64,000 nucleotides of DNA from Vicugna vicugna (lineage: Eukaryota): the NCBI GenBank assembly GCA_013265495.1, contig MU057416.1, positions 676,545 to 740,544 on the forward strand, given 5' to 3'. The notes under the pieces are model-generated. The model did no database searches, had not been told where the DNA came from, and was given only the letters and a program-made list of their open reading frames with translations. Below, one piece after another: positions 12,676 through 25,065 of the stretch. The position numbers were made by a program, and so were the translations under genes. Positions within the stretch are counted from its first letter, which is position 1; each line of letters starts with the position of its first letter.

Positions 12676-12954
12676 TCGGAGTATAATGAAAGCACATTAC
12701 TCTGCAGTGGCGGCCTTGATTCTTTCCTATTACATTTGCTCGTATAATCACTAATCTGCCAGATGTGATCGTTTCCTCGCCACTGCAAAAATGGATTCTG
12801 AATTTCAGCTGGAAGGGGGACAAGTGGGCTGTTCACGCCTCAGGAAAATGGAAAGATGTGTGTACATTTCAAGAAAATATTTGGGGATACTCATACATTT
12901 TTGGTAATTTGACGTAAGACCCTGTTGTTTCCACTATGAAGTGATTTAAAACAG

Positions 12955-13140
12955 TAGTCACAGCTAACGCTCGCTGCGCGTGCTTCACGGGCAGGCGCCG
13001 TTCTAAGTGTTTTATGTGCGTTAACTCGTTTAATCCTCACGCTGACCCCACAGAGCCGGTATGACTGTTACCCCATTTTGCAGACATGAATGTACGTGAC
13101 CCAGTGAGTGAGCGCACACCTAAGATTCGAGTTCAGTCTG
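12955..13140 (-). mobile_element. MIR SINE fragment
   Basis: tttaatcctcac..ccccattttgcaga core. Confidence 0.65.
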
Positions 13141-13149
13141 TCTCTCGAG

Positions 13150-13362
13150 TGGGTTTCTCATCCTCACGTGATGAACTCTCGAGGCCAGATGCTTCTGTAC
13201 AGTGAGGGTTTGTTCTGTTCCCTGTAGAACACTTACAGCGCCCCTGGCCTCGTCCCCCGAGCTGCCTGGAGCAACCCTCTTCTCACGCCACCCTATGGTT
13301 GTGACCATCAAAAATGTCTTTAGACATCGCAAAATTTTTTCTGGGGGATAAAAATTCTCCTG
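13150..13362. mobile_element. MER20-like hAT DNA transposon
   Basis: gtttctca.cctc..ccctggcctc..gttgtgaccatcaaaaatgtct.tagacat.gc.aaa. Confidence 0.7.
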
Positions 13363-13732
13363 ATAGCGCGGAGTATACATTCTTAAAAGGGAGCAATATG
13401 GCCCTCGAGAGGGAAAAGTCTGGTTCTACGGGGTGCAGAAAACTCCTCAGTTATGAAGCAAATACATGTATATACGCCCAGTGCATAAGTAGGCGTGCAG
13501 TACATTTGTAGTCACAGAACTTTACGGGAGGGATCAGAAAACAATGTCTAAGGCTGTACTTCAATTTTTTTAAAAAAAAGCAAAAACAAACAAATAGGAC
13601 TTAAAGTCTCCTTAGGAGAGAAATAAGGAGAAATAGGTGGAGAAATGGGTTGAGAAACAGTGGGCTGAAACTTCTGTTCTTTATCTCCGAGCTGTAAACG
13701 CACTGTAACTGGCCAGATGTGCACGTCTGAAC

Positions 13733-13848
13733 TCTGAGATGAGTCTTGACTGGAGGGACTCCCCCAGGTGATGGAGGCAGTACTCTCTCTGACTTGGTCC
13801 TGGAATGAGACCGTTACCTTCACCTTCCTGGGGGCTCAGTGTCATCAC
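13733..13848 (-). pseudogene. Exon remnant
   Basis: VMTLSPQEGEGNGLIPGPSQREYCLHHLGESLQSRLIS resembles RNF213 VLHLILPESPGSHEESREYSLEEVKELLNKLML; splice sites weak. Confidence 0.65.
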
Positions 13849-14417
13849 CTTAGCCGTACGGATTGCAAAACTTGGCGCTTTGAAATTTGGGTTCAACAAA
13901 ACGCTTCAGACTATTTTTTCAAACATTTTCACTCCAGCAAAAACTACAAAACTCTATTTGCCAAGAGCTATTTTTCTTAAACTTTTTAATCCTGGGCGTA
14001 TTTCAAAGGAAATTTATCCATATGGTTCTCATTCATTTACTCTTAATTCATCAAGATGGTGTTTTGTAAAAGCCAGTTGACAACCAAGGAACCATGTGCA
14101 TGTTTTTTTAACTCGAACCAGGAAGTTGGGTTTTGCTTGCTCTAAATAAAATTTAAAACCCCTTGAGTTTTTCTATACTTGGCTAAATGTAATTTTCCCT
14201 CTTTACTAATCATTAATTTGGAGGCTGCCTTTTTTGATGTGAAATGTTTTATGGTAGAAGAAACAAGAGAGAAGAAAATACACTTCACTGAGAGAGAGAC
14301 TTTAAAACTGGAATCTAAGCCCAAGGATATGGCCAGAAAATTGCATGTTTGCAGAATATATTGCTTCTACAATCTGATTGGCACCAGGTTACACTTAGTA
14401 ATCTAAGAACTGCATAC

Positions 14418-14584
14418 CTCGTTTAGAAGGTGAGATTGTACCTGCCACATATTTCTCTGTTTGGGATAATACTGTGTATTTAGGAGACTTGCTGGAAGAC
14501 CCTCTCCTTCTCCCCCAATTCACAGCCCCCACAACCTTCTAGTGTTTCAGCTTCTCTACTTTGAACGTAGCCCTGCCATCACCA
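14418..14584 (-). pseudogene. Exon remnant
   Basis: ctatttactttcAG acceptor, gag|GTATGC donor; KVEKLKH*KV / GEKERVFQQV / QTEKYVAG resembles RNF213 NLEWLKTV..GSVERSS..NQRGIYVI. Confidence 0.65.
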
Positions 14585-15316
14585 CTGAAAGTAAATAGTG
14601 GGCTTAATTAAGAAGTGCTAAATACAGTTGTGAAACATATGTAAAAAGCGGAATAAAAACCAAACATTCCTCTTTAAAGGGGCTTTTACTTACTGCACGG
14701 AGCAAATTGTTCCACACTGACTCTAAATGTAAATTGTAAACGTTTAGACATGTTATTTAAAAATAAAATAAGACTCATCAAATGCTTTGGAAAAAGTCTT
14801 TCAAAACCCTCCATAACTTACCTCTTTGTAACCCTTGTATGAAGGGTTACATACAGACATTCTTCTGTATGAAGAATGCACCATTTCCACACAATGGGAG
14901 CCTGGGGTCATTTCCCCTTTGTATTTCCAGCACTAATCTGCATGTTAGGCAAATACATTAAAATAAGCAAAAACAACACATTCAAGGAATAAATCATAAA
15001 ACACTGAAGATATTTTAATGCTGTGGGAAGATGTAGAATTACGCCAACTTAAGACTGATTAAGAGATATATACGAATCATTTTGTCACATACGCATTTCT
15101 ACGTGAAGAAACAGGGCGCCGACCTCGTTCCAGGTCTACCCAGGCCAGCACCTCTGCCAGAGGAGTCCCGGAGCCGGCTTTTGACAAGCACCCCGACTAG
15201 TAGTTGTGCACAGAAGTGCTTGAGAACCACTGACTTAGGTGACAGTAGCGGCTGGTTACTGGGCGAGCACAAAGGATTGAATTATCAAGTCAGACTCGCT
15301 GAGGCGGAGCGCTTGC

Positions 15317-15600
15317 CTGGTATCAGCTTCACTAGATTATTACAAGGACACAGGCATTCAAAAACCTTAGGTGGAGCAGAGGGAGGCCTGGGACGTGTTG
15401 TCTCTGGCCCTGAATAGATGAGGTCTCTCAGTGAGGTCCAGGGGCTGCTCACACAGTGGGAGCCTTTCAACTATAAAACGTCTCCGCTCTGCCCCCGGAG
15501 GGCTGCACAAACTCCGTGACTCTCCGGGAGCCGTGCTGGGTTCTACTTGGTCGCTGAATTCCACAGCCAAGAACGTTTTCAGAGACAAGGTCTCTCTCCC
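15317..15600 (-). pseudogene. Exon remnant
   Basis: tctttaccAG acceptor, cag|GCAAGC donor; LSLKTFLAVEF..; WTSLRDLIYS..KVFECLCPCNNLVKLI resembles RNF213 ELKVFVDL..GYASLLFK..KLWKALDKDQYLPRKL. Confidence 0.5.
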
Positions 15601-16430
15601 CTGGTAAAGACGGCTGAGCCCAGCTGCAGAGGGGAAATGGCGCTTTTGTTTTCCTCGGGGCGGTCCCCTAGTCAAAGGAGGGGTGGGGCGCAGGCTGGCT
15701 ACTTTAACTCCCAAGTATAAATATATCGAATCCCCCGCCCTGTGTCATCAAATCTGGCTTCAGTAACACAGGCACCATCCAATGGGGTAGGCGCTGCCTC
15801 AGGCTACCCTGGTTTCCATCCCCAACACTCATCCAAAATTTCTTGGAATGAAAACTTACAACATAACTAAACTCCTTCCCTGATATCATTTCTAATATTT
15901 AGTTACTGGTTAATTTTTCTCATCTAAGGCCAGTTGTTTCCGGTCCATGATTGCCTCCATTTATTGATATAAAATCCAAGCTGACAGAAATAGAAATATG
16001 TAAGAATTAAATTAATCACCATTTTAAGATGTGGGTGGTAAAAAGCAAATATTGTTGCTCTTTCCAGAGTTTAAATTAATTCTAGACATGATAGAGAGTC
16101 TTGGTATGTTTGTAAGATAATTAAATGCAAATAAAATTTTTAAATAATTTTGAATACTTTCCTCTTGAAATGAAAGTACTTCCCCCCCCCTTTTACTGAA
16201 GAGATATTAGATTTATATGGTGTTCCAATTAGTTTAGTATAAAAAAAAGTTTTAGGTTTCAAGCTTGGAAAAGTTATGCTTCAAACTTGTTGCATGTTAA
16301 AAATGCAAAACGGCAGCACTCATCTGTGTGAATGCGGACAGCGTGCGAGCCGCGCCACGGACGGCACTGCAGGGAGTTGTTGGAAACCGTCATGATGAGT
16401 CTAATCCATTTTTCAGTGGCGAGCACTCAC

Positions 16431-16634
16431 CCCGCACTGCATTATATGGGAAAACGTTCCAGGGGTCCTGTGTCGGTGCCGATGGCAGGTGCGTGATCCA
16501 GCTGTTTGGGGCAGAGGCAGCAGCAGCTGGTGACCACTTAGGAGTCTTTGCTTGTGGAGGAAAGTCCGTCTCCCAGCACCAGCTCCCCCTGAGCAGTTAC
16601 TGTGTGAGCCCTGGGTGGCGCCGTTAGTAACATC
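16431..16634 (-). pseudogene. Exon remnant (204 nt)
   Basis: ctttctgtAG acceptor, ggg|GTGAGT donor; one frame open (DVTNGATQG...IMQCG) but the homologous frame is unclear. Confidence 0.45.
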
Positions 16635-16720
16635 CTACAGAAAGCTCACGACATACAGTGCCTTCGTTCAGACGGGACACACTAGTTCAGGTGAACATTT
16701 AAAGTAGCATTCGCCAAAAA

Positions 16721-16755
<35 letters not shown>

Positions 16756-16784
16756 AGAGAATAAACTAAAGCACAAAACTTTAC

Positions 16785-17145
16785 CGTAGAGACTCGCCGT
16801 AGAAGATGGGGGAATTCAGGAGGACTGGGGAGAGGAACTGGGGAAGGCTGCAGGAAGGCGAGGCTCTGCTAGACTATTCGACATGCTGCCCTTTTTTCTC
16901 GTTTTATCGGTACATTTATCTTGTAGCCTGATGATACGAGAGATGAAACTGGTTTTCATGTCTAATCAAATGTCTTTTGGGTTTTCTGCTTGAAGGCCCA
17001 CCATAAGGAATTTTTACTTATAAATATCATCGCCTTCGGGTTAGGTTTCTGAACAAAATGATTCCTAGAACCTGAAGCTTCCTATTGGAGATGATGTTGG
17101 TACCTAAGGGGGCTGTTGGCTGCAAACATCTAGCTCCCACAAGAC
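16785..17145 (-). pseudogene. Exon remnant
   Basis: Pyrimidine tract with decayed acceptor (tGG), cg|GTAAAG donor; LQPTAPLGTNIISNRKLQVLGIILFRNLT / EGDDIYK*KFLM..FISRIIRLQD resembles RNF213 LYQPS..DLKSGEVTLAEIDVIFKDF..ELKIM..WIKDRVEQIKE. Confidence 0.55.
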
Positions 17146-17283
17146 CCAGCAAGGAAGGGAAGGTTAAAAAAAAAAAGCAACGACAAAGTGTTGCTTTTCA
17201 GTTTTTATCTCAAAAACTTTAACTGTCAGGGAGACTTATGATCAAGGAAAAAAATGTAACGCTGTTTGTTAAACATGAGTCAC

Positions 17284-17395
17284 ACGACGGAGAGCCCTAG
17301 GGTCACTTCTATGAGACCTAAAGCTGTTTGTCTTCCTGGAGCAGGGGGATGAGAGAGGCACTTCCAGCCCGGATTCTGCACTTGTGTCTTTCTAC
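17284..17395 (-). pseudogene. Exon remnant (low-complexity linker)
   Basis: tttccctttctctcAG acceptor, GTGACT donor; phase 2-0 links the neighbouring exons. Confidence 0.4.
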
Positions 17396-17509
17396 CTGAG
17401 AGAAAGGGAAACCGAGGTATAATTAATTCATTGTTTCTGGAAAGGAAACCACACAGGCACTTTCCATTCCAAATGAATCCAAATATGATTTTTTTTCATT
17501 TTTAAAATA

Positions 17510-17785
17510 TTTTTGCTTTTTTTTTATTGAACTATAGTCTGTTTACAATGTTGTGTTAGTCTCTGGTGTGCAGCATAGCGATTCAGTTATACATACATAT
17601 ATATATTCTTTTTCATTATAGGTTTATTACAAGGTGTTGAACGTAGTTCCCTGTGCTCTGCAGTGGGACCTTGTGTTTACCATCTTAGATACCGTAGTTA
17701 CTATCTACAACTCCTGAACTCCCAATTTATCCCTCCCACCCCCTTTCCCTCCAGGTAACCATAGGTCTGTTTTCTACATCTGTCC
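17510..17785 (-). mobile_element. L1 3'-tail element (artiodactyl type)
   Basis: ttttattgaactatagt..tttacaatgttgtgttagt..gttccctgtgct..ggtaaccata. Confidence 0.8.
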
Positions 17786-17827
17786 AAAGATGAATCTTGA
17801 ATAAAATAGAATATTTTTGATACTGAC

Positions 17828-17869
17828 TTGAACAGAAAAAAAATGTATTAATGGTTGCTCTCTTTATAA
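17828..17869 (-). pseudogene. 42-nt exon remnant
   Basis: ctttcatgcctattcAG acceptor, GTCAGT donor; YKESNH*YIFFLF (compare RNF213 DSHIFQLF); phase 2-2. Confidence 0.35.
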
Positions 17870-18598
17870 CTGAATAGGCATGAAAGAGAAAAGTTATGAA
17901 TATTTGAAACAAGAAAATGTGTTTTTTCAAGGTGCTTTTCTTTAAATTTTGCTTGTATGTGTACCAAATATAGCAAGAAAGACTGACTTGGAAGCTATTT
18001 CAGCAGCTCAAGTAAGGCATGGTCGTGGTTTGGACCAGGCTGCTGGTGAGAAGGTGGTGAGAAGGGGTGGTCAGGTTCTGGGTAGATTTTACTTTTATTT
18101 TTGCTCCTTACCATCTCGTCTCAACACAACAGTCTAAGAGATATTGTTAAAATTAAATCAGACCATGTTTCTCCCACACTGAGAGCCCTCTGGTAGCTTT
18201 CATTTACCCAAGCAAAAGCCCAGGTCTTTACAAAAACGTAGAGAGACTGTATATTTTATTATCCAAACCAGAGCCCAGCTGGATGTTAAAGGCTGACTCC
18301 TATTAATTATGCCAGAACAATGAGCTTAAATGTGGATTATTCTGGACAAAATGATGTGACTCTGTATAATCTGAACTTTCCCTAAATGTTTCTCCCTTTT
18401 ATTGCTTACTTCTCCCAGTGGTACTTTGCAGTGTATATTTCACTTCATCTTTTCTTTCCCCTGTTCCCTCTGCTAGAATGCAAGCGCTTGGAAAGCTGGG
18501 GTCTTGTTTATTTTTTTCACTAACAAATCCCCATTACACATAAAGGGCACTGAATAAATATCCGTTCAACGAATGAATGAGTGAGTAGAAAATTTTGC

Positions 18599-18748
18599 CA
18601 TTTTCTGTCTCTGTAAGATTTGTTTTAAGGCTGGATAATCTTAAGAGCATGAGCATTGGATTTCTATATTTCAGCAGTAAAACAGTATTTATTAGCACAT
18701 TCCACCATTTTACCAGAATACATAATACATATATAGACGTCAAATGCC
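18599..18748 (-). pseudogene. Exon remnant
   Basis: gtttgttttctcttAG acceptor, GC donor; 150 nt, phase 2-2; AFDVYICIMYSGKMVECANKYCFTAEI*KSNAHALKII (compare RNF213 THYHLSSQVQEMAGKI). Confidence 0.55.
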
Positions 18749-18949
18749 CTAAGAGAAAACAAACTCTACAGCAAAGACAAGGAACTGCTTTCCAAACCAC
18801 ACGTGCCCCTCAGTAGGTTCTGACAGGTTCTCCTGGGAGAAGAGGGGTGTCTCCCTCAGGAAATCTCAAATCGATTAACCAAATGATGATAACATCAACA
18901 AACAAAGTCTCTGGGATTTGAGGTAAAATGGTCATAGAATCTCTGTGTT

Positions 18950-19500
18950 TTAAATTTGCAGTGGTTGACTTGGTCCGGCACACTCTTGTCTTCTATTGGA
19001 TACGTGCATTTAGGTTCATAAATTTCTAAGTATCACTTTAGCTGCCTTCTGCAGATTTGAATAAGTATTCCCTGCACTGTTGTTCAATTTTTAGTATGTC
19101 TTTATAATACTTATTCTTTATTTTAGTTCTTCATTTCTTCATTTTTTATTTCTCAGATACTCCTTTTTGGCTATATTTGTGTCATTGGTTTTCAATTTTA
19201 TTGCCTTATGTCATATAAAATAGTTTATCTGTTTTGATTAGTTTTATAATTATTGAGATTTCTTGTGACCTATGGCCAATTTTTTTAAATATTCCATATG
19301 AGTTGGAAAGAATTTATGTTTCTAAGCATCAGTAACTTCAAACTTGTTAACTTTATTGTTCAGTACTCTGTAACTGATTCTTATCTGCCCTATCCATTTC
19401 TGACAGAGCTGTGTACAACAGCTCTTCACAGTTGATTAATCTGCTAATGTCTTCTTGTCTGTCAGTGTCTATGTTTTCACTTTTAAAGTTTTATGGTTAG
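18950..19500 (-). mobile_element. Old L1 (L1ME-like) ORF2 fragment
   Basis: T-rich decayed antisense L1 text (aatttc..cactt..tagctg, ttccatatg..ttggaaagaat). Confidence 0.55.
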
Positions 19501-19504
19501 GTGC

Positions 19505-20263
19505 TATGCCAGGTGTCAATTTATTGCCTCTCAAATCCAAGCCCACCTTTCACTGCCTCCTTAGGACTCTAACATCTGTCCCTTGTCAGGTGGCACGATG
19601 TCAAGCTTTATCAGTAGAGGAACTAGAGAAATATCAGAGGATTTTTTCCTCCTGGGTCCCTGCACTCTGCTCTTTTTTGCTCCTAGCACTGGGCTGGTGT
19701 GCAGGATACTCCATAAGCTCATTCCCCATCCTGATGAATTCAGTCCTACCAGCACAGGTGGCTCCCAGCAGCCAGTGGCATCCCTCAGGACAGTTTCTGG
19801 AGAGTTCCGTGAGAGCTCAGAGAAATTTTCCAGCCACATCTTCCAGTGAGTTAAATAGCACCCATTTCCCCCACTGCTGGCAGGTTCCTCATGGCTGTCC
19901 AGAAGCTCCAGCGTAGCTCCAGCGGACATCCCAGCAGATTTAACAGGCAGTTCTCTGTCCACCAGTCATGCTTCTTTGACGTTGGACCAGTTCAGGGACA
20001 GCCCAAGGGACTTCTCCAACATCCAGTGGGCCGTCCCCATCTGCTCTCTAGTGAAGCTTGAACCTCAGCCATGGGTGGCTTCCCCCCTCCCCCATCTTCC
20101 AAGATTGTTCTTTTCCATAAGTTTTCTTCCTCAGTCCCAGGGTATTCTTTAAAGGGAATTAGATGGTATTCCCTCTTAGTTAACACTCTACAAATAGTTA
20201 ATAAAACTGTATGATTTAAAATTTACTATCATCTCTGTCTCCTCAGTGGACCCTGACTGATAC
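19505..20263. mobile_element. Solo ERVL-type LTR
   Basis: Begins tg..., ends ..tctgtctcctcagtggaccctgactgataca, an ERVL LTR-like terminus. Confidence 0.6.
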
Positions 20264-20649
20264 AGATATACCTGTGTTAAGACTGAGGTAGCTCTCTGCT
20301 AAGGTGTTACTTTTATTATTAAGGAATGACTGTATTTACAATATAGTTGTTTCAAATAAAATTTATTATAGATTAGTCTTACCAAGCAAAGCTGCTTTTG
20401 GACAGCTTGCTTGCTGCCACTGTCCATCACTTTCCTTTCACCTCTCTGCTATGACGTTTTACGAACCAGTCCCAGAATCTCTACCTTACAACAGATAAAT
20501 TTAATCTATTGATATTTACTGTGACCACTAATATTCTCTGTCATCATATTTTAGGATTTCTAATCACCAGGGACATATTTTCTTTTATGGCATTCCTTTA
20601 AAGAAAACTGTGCTGAGTTTTCTTTACCACTCCCCTGTCCCCACCGTGG

Positions 20650-22870
20650 ATATGAAGGTTATATATAAATATATTTCACAGTTGAAGTGTTCTAAAGTCA
20701 TCATAATTTTAGGAAGGAGGATGAGGCTAGAGATTAACTATGGTCTTTGTTAACTGTGTGTGTTTATAATTTGAGGTTTCAATTAAAAGGTTAAAAAGAA
20801 TATATATGTGTATATATATATATATATATAAACTTTTAACATAGTTTTATAGTCATAGTTCAAAAAAAGCATAAAAAATAACTATGACACTTAAACTATG
20901 TTAAAGGTTACAAAATATAAAAAGATGTAATTTGTGACAATAATATAAAATGTGGCATATGTAAAAGAATATAGTTTTTGTATGCAAATGAAGTTAAGTT
21001 GTCATCGGTTTAAGCAGATGATTAAAATTATAAGATGTTTCATATAACTCCTATGGTAACCAAGAAGAAAATACCTATATAGAATATGCACAAAAGAAAA
21101 TGAAAAAGGAATCAAAGCATGCAACCACAAAAAAATCAATGAGACACAGGAAGGCAACAAGAGAGAAAAAGAGGGGCAAAATAACTACCAGATGTACAGA
21201 AAACAACTTTTAAAATGGCAGTAATAAGTCTTTCCTTATGATTAATTACTTTAAATGTAAATAGATGAATTCTCCAATCAAAAGACATAAAGCAGATGAA
21301 TGGATTTAAAAAAATCAAAATCCAACTATATGCTGTCTGTAAGAGATTCACTTTAGATATAAGGACATACTCAGGCTGAAAGTAAAAGAATGAAAAAAGA
21401 GAGATTTCATGCAAATGGTAACCAAAAAAAGTAGGGATGGTCATACTTACATCAGACGAAATAGACTTTCAATCAAATACTGTCGCAAGAGACAAAGCAC
21501 ACTGTATCATGATAAGAGGGTTAATTCATCAAGAAGATATAACAGAAATAAAATAGAGAATAAAAAATTTTAAAAATTCAACAAAACTAAGAGTTGATTT
21601 TTTGAAAAGATCCACAAAAATTGACAATTCCTAATAAAAAGAGAAAAGACTCAAATTTTAAAAATTAGAAATGAAAGAAGAAATGTTACAAACAATGCCA
21701 CAGAAATAAAAAAAAAGACCATGACAGACTGTGTATAATTACACCCCCACACACTGGAAAATCTGGAGAAAATGGATATATTTATAGAAACATACAACCT
21801 TCAAAGATTGACTCATGAAGAAACAGAAAATCTAAACAAACCTATCTCTAGAAAGGAGATTTTGGTTCCTCAAAAAATTAATAGAAACACTCGGTTATCC
21901 AGCTATTCCACTTCTGGGTATTTATCTAAAGAAAAGGCAACATTAATTTCAAAAGATATCTGCACCCCTTTGTTCACTGCAGCATTATTTACAACAGCCA
22001 AGATAGGAAAATAACTTATGTGTCCATTGATGAAGAGATAAATAAGATGTAATATTACACAAACACACACACATGCACGCACACAATGGACTATTACTCA
22101 GCCATAAAAAAGAATCAAACCTTGCCACTTATGACAACATGGAGTGACCTTGAGGGTATTATACTAAGTGAAGTAAGTCAGAAGGGAAAAGACAGATGCT
22201 GTGTGAGTTCACTTATATGTGGAATCTAAAGCAAAATGAAACAAAACAAAGAAATGAACAAAGCAAAACAAAAGCAAACTCATGGGTAGAGAACAGATTG
22301 GTTTATCAGAGGGGAAGGGAAGGGGTGGGGTGTAGATACAAGGGGTGAAGGGTATCAATTGTGTGGTTACAGACAGTAACTGGACTTCGGAGGTCATCAC
22401 TTTGTGGTGTACACCGTTGTCAAGTTACTATGTTATACACCTGAAAGTTATGTAATAAAAAGGGGGGAGGGAATGTGGTGTTTACATACAGTGCAATACT
22501 ACTCAGCCTTAAAAAGGAAAATGATCCTGTCATTTGCTACAATGTGGACAGACTTCGAGGATATAATGCTAAGTGAAATAAGGCTGTCACCAAAAAGACA
22601 AATACTGCACTGTCCCACTTACACGAGGTACATAAAATAGTCAAACTCGTAGAAACAGAAAGTAGAAGGTTGGTTGCCAGGGGCTGAGTGGGCGGGCTGG
22701 GGGAAAGGGGGAGTTGCTTAATGAATACAAAGTTTTGGTTTTGCAAGATGGAGAAGTTCTAGATATCTGTTGCAAAAAAATGTGCATATAGTTAACACTT
22801 CACTGTACACTTGAAAATGATTAGGATGGTAAATGTTATGTTTCATGTTTTTGATGGCAAATAATAATAA
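20650..22870 (+). mobile_element. Cluster of L1 fragments (inter-ORF/endonuclease segment plus two 3' ends)
   Basis: Endonuclease motifs (ttaaatgtaaat, ccaactatatgctgtct, DKIDF-like) at ~21230-21540; L1MA-like 3' end to ~22460; second 3' end to ~22870. Confidence 0.85.
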
Positions 22871-22899
22871 TATGCTTTATCTGAGTGAGTGCTCACTAG

Positions 22900-23610
22900 A
22901 ATGTACCCAGGTAAAGATTCTTTTCTAACCTCTCAGAACACACTGTACTTCAATCTGAAGACCCATGTCTTCCTTCTAGTATAACAATTCTTAGCCATTA
23001 GTCCTTCGAATATTTCCTCCTCCAAACTCCTTTCATTATCTCCTCCTGAAACTTCTTTTAGAAATGTGTAATGTCTCATTCTATGTGTTTCATTCATATT
23101 TTTCTGACCTTTATCTTTCTGTGCCCATTCTGAGTGATTCTTTTGCATACTTACTCTTTAAGCCAGTAATATTATAAACTGTGTTTGATCTGCTCTTAAA
23201 TGCACACAGTATGCTTTAAATTTTAGTAACTGTATGTTTCTTTTTGACAAGCTCTATTTTTGTCATATCTGAATTCTAAGTTTATAGTTGTGTTTTCAAG
23301 CCCTTGTTTTACCTCCTTAAGCACTTTAAACATTATGATTTTATTTTATAATCCTCTAAATTTGTTCCATTATTTGGTGTCCTTGGGATTCTAATGAACA
23401 AGCTGACTCTCTTTTATGTGTGTTTTGTTCTACAGATAAGGTTGGTAAATTGTTTCATGTGCACTCATGTTCAACAGGTCTTTTGGTTGGATTTTTTCAA
23501 TTTTTCTTTTGCTCTTTCTGCTGGAGTTTCATGTGTCATAGGTTTTACATACGTCTTGTTCTCACCCAGCAGTTGTGAAAGTGCTGAGTGTGTGTTTTCT
23601 TGTTTCATTT
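22900..23610 (-). mobile_element. Old L1 ORF1-region fragment
   Basis: Antisense frame LEEEIFEGLMAKNC resembles L1 ORF1 (IFEEIMAENF). Confidence 0.55.
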
Positions 23611-24053
23611 AAAGTCCCTATGCTTTAGGAACAGGCTGCCACAAACATTTCCAAATGAGGTTAGGATGTAAATGTTAGGAGAGGCTGGGGGGGGGCACTT
23701 AAATGTTCTTGCTTAGGTATTTGGAATTATTTTTAAGATAATTAAAATTTCCAGAAATCCCAGGAGCTTTGGGGTTACACAGATGAGAGTGAAAACCCAT
23801 GCATCTGTCCCTGTGGCCCGTCCACTAGGTGATGCAGCGAGCACACCGGGTCAGGGCTGTCCCGCTCAGGCCGGCTAAAGGTTTGCCAGTTGTGTTCTAC
23901 ATGTTTAACTCACAGGACCATGTGGTTTCACAGTCTTAATCTCATTAAGCAAAATCCTAAGAATTATGGAAGCTTTTACTTGAGAGTGAGTGAAAGGCTT
24001 TGGGAAGTAACTGGAGATTCATGACCATACTTATAAACGACCTTGCTACCTAC

Positions 24054-24193
24054 CAGAGCGAAGCTTGTGTGACTGAAGAATATTTCTCTTTGTCCAGTAC
24101 ATGGAACAGCATTGACTGTAAAATCTGACACTTTTTTTACTTTTCTTGGGCATCAAAGTCATAATCAGGTATAAAAGCTGAAGGTCTGGAATA
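24054..24193 (-). pseudogene. Exon remnant
   Basis: ttcttgtacAG acceptor, tg|GTAGGT donor; YSRPSAFIPDYDFDAQEK*KKCQILQSMLFHVLDKEKYSSVTQASL; the split TG|G codon forms Trp with the next exon. Confidence 0.55.
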
Positions 24194-24744
24194 CTGTACA
24201 AGAACCACACAAGAAAGAGTATGTGTTGGTACTTTTTAAAACATACATACACCTGATTCTTCTCCAGTACAAGGTGTGAAAGTAGCAGTCTTTCCTACGA
24301 TCATTTACTGAGTTTTTACCCTTTTCCAAGAAGTCTACCTTTTTACTGTATGTCAGGCACTTTATTTAATTTCATAACTCTATAAGGCTGGATAACGACT
24401 TTTTCCTACATTACAAATGAGAAAACTTTTACCAAAAGAGAGGGAGGGGGGAGAGAAAGAGGAAAAAGGAACAGATTAGAAGCCCCTTCAAGTCTACACG
24501 GCTTGGGAGTGAGAGAACCAGGATTTGAATCTAATCAGTCTGACTTTATTTAAAGCCTCAATGATGCATAATGTCAATCAACACAATAAATTAAGTATAT
24601 ATATTTTATAATGTCATCAAGATGTCTGATACAGTACTTTATGAATACCTTATAAGCTCCGTGGAGCCAATAGCATAATAGATAGAGTTAAAACTCTGTA
24701 AGCAGTCATCACCAAAGAGTTCTAAGTCATCCACTCCAGGCGTG

Positions 24745-25065
24745 GTTACGGGGTGCCTCCCGTCTCCCAGACACTGTGCTGGGGGCTGGTGGTGTAGCAA
24801 GAACAAATGAGGGAAGACAGCCCCTTCCTTTGTGGAGACGTTTAGTGGAAGGACACAGCCAGCAGAAACAGTAGTAAGCAAACCAGACAACGCAGCAAGA
24901 TGAGCAGCGTTGTGGGAGAAAATAGCGCGCTAATGGGGAGAGGAGCACCAAGAGCGGGAGGAGTGACGGGCGTCGCCTTAAAAGAACGTTCAAGGAAGGC
25001 CCTGCCGAGGTGCCACTTGAAAAGGCCTGAGGCCGTGAGGAAAAGAGCCAAGTGCATGAAGGTGG
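24745..25065 (+). mobile_element. L2 fragment
   Basis: ccagacactgtgctgggg..ccccttcctt.gtggag..tttagtgg..caaggaaggccc..gaggtg. Confidence 0.6.

Noticed and set aside
19455..19962. 153 aa and 133 aa ORFs on opposite strands
   Set aside because: Inside an LTR remnant; no homology or splice support.
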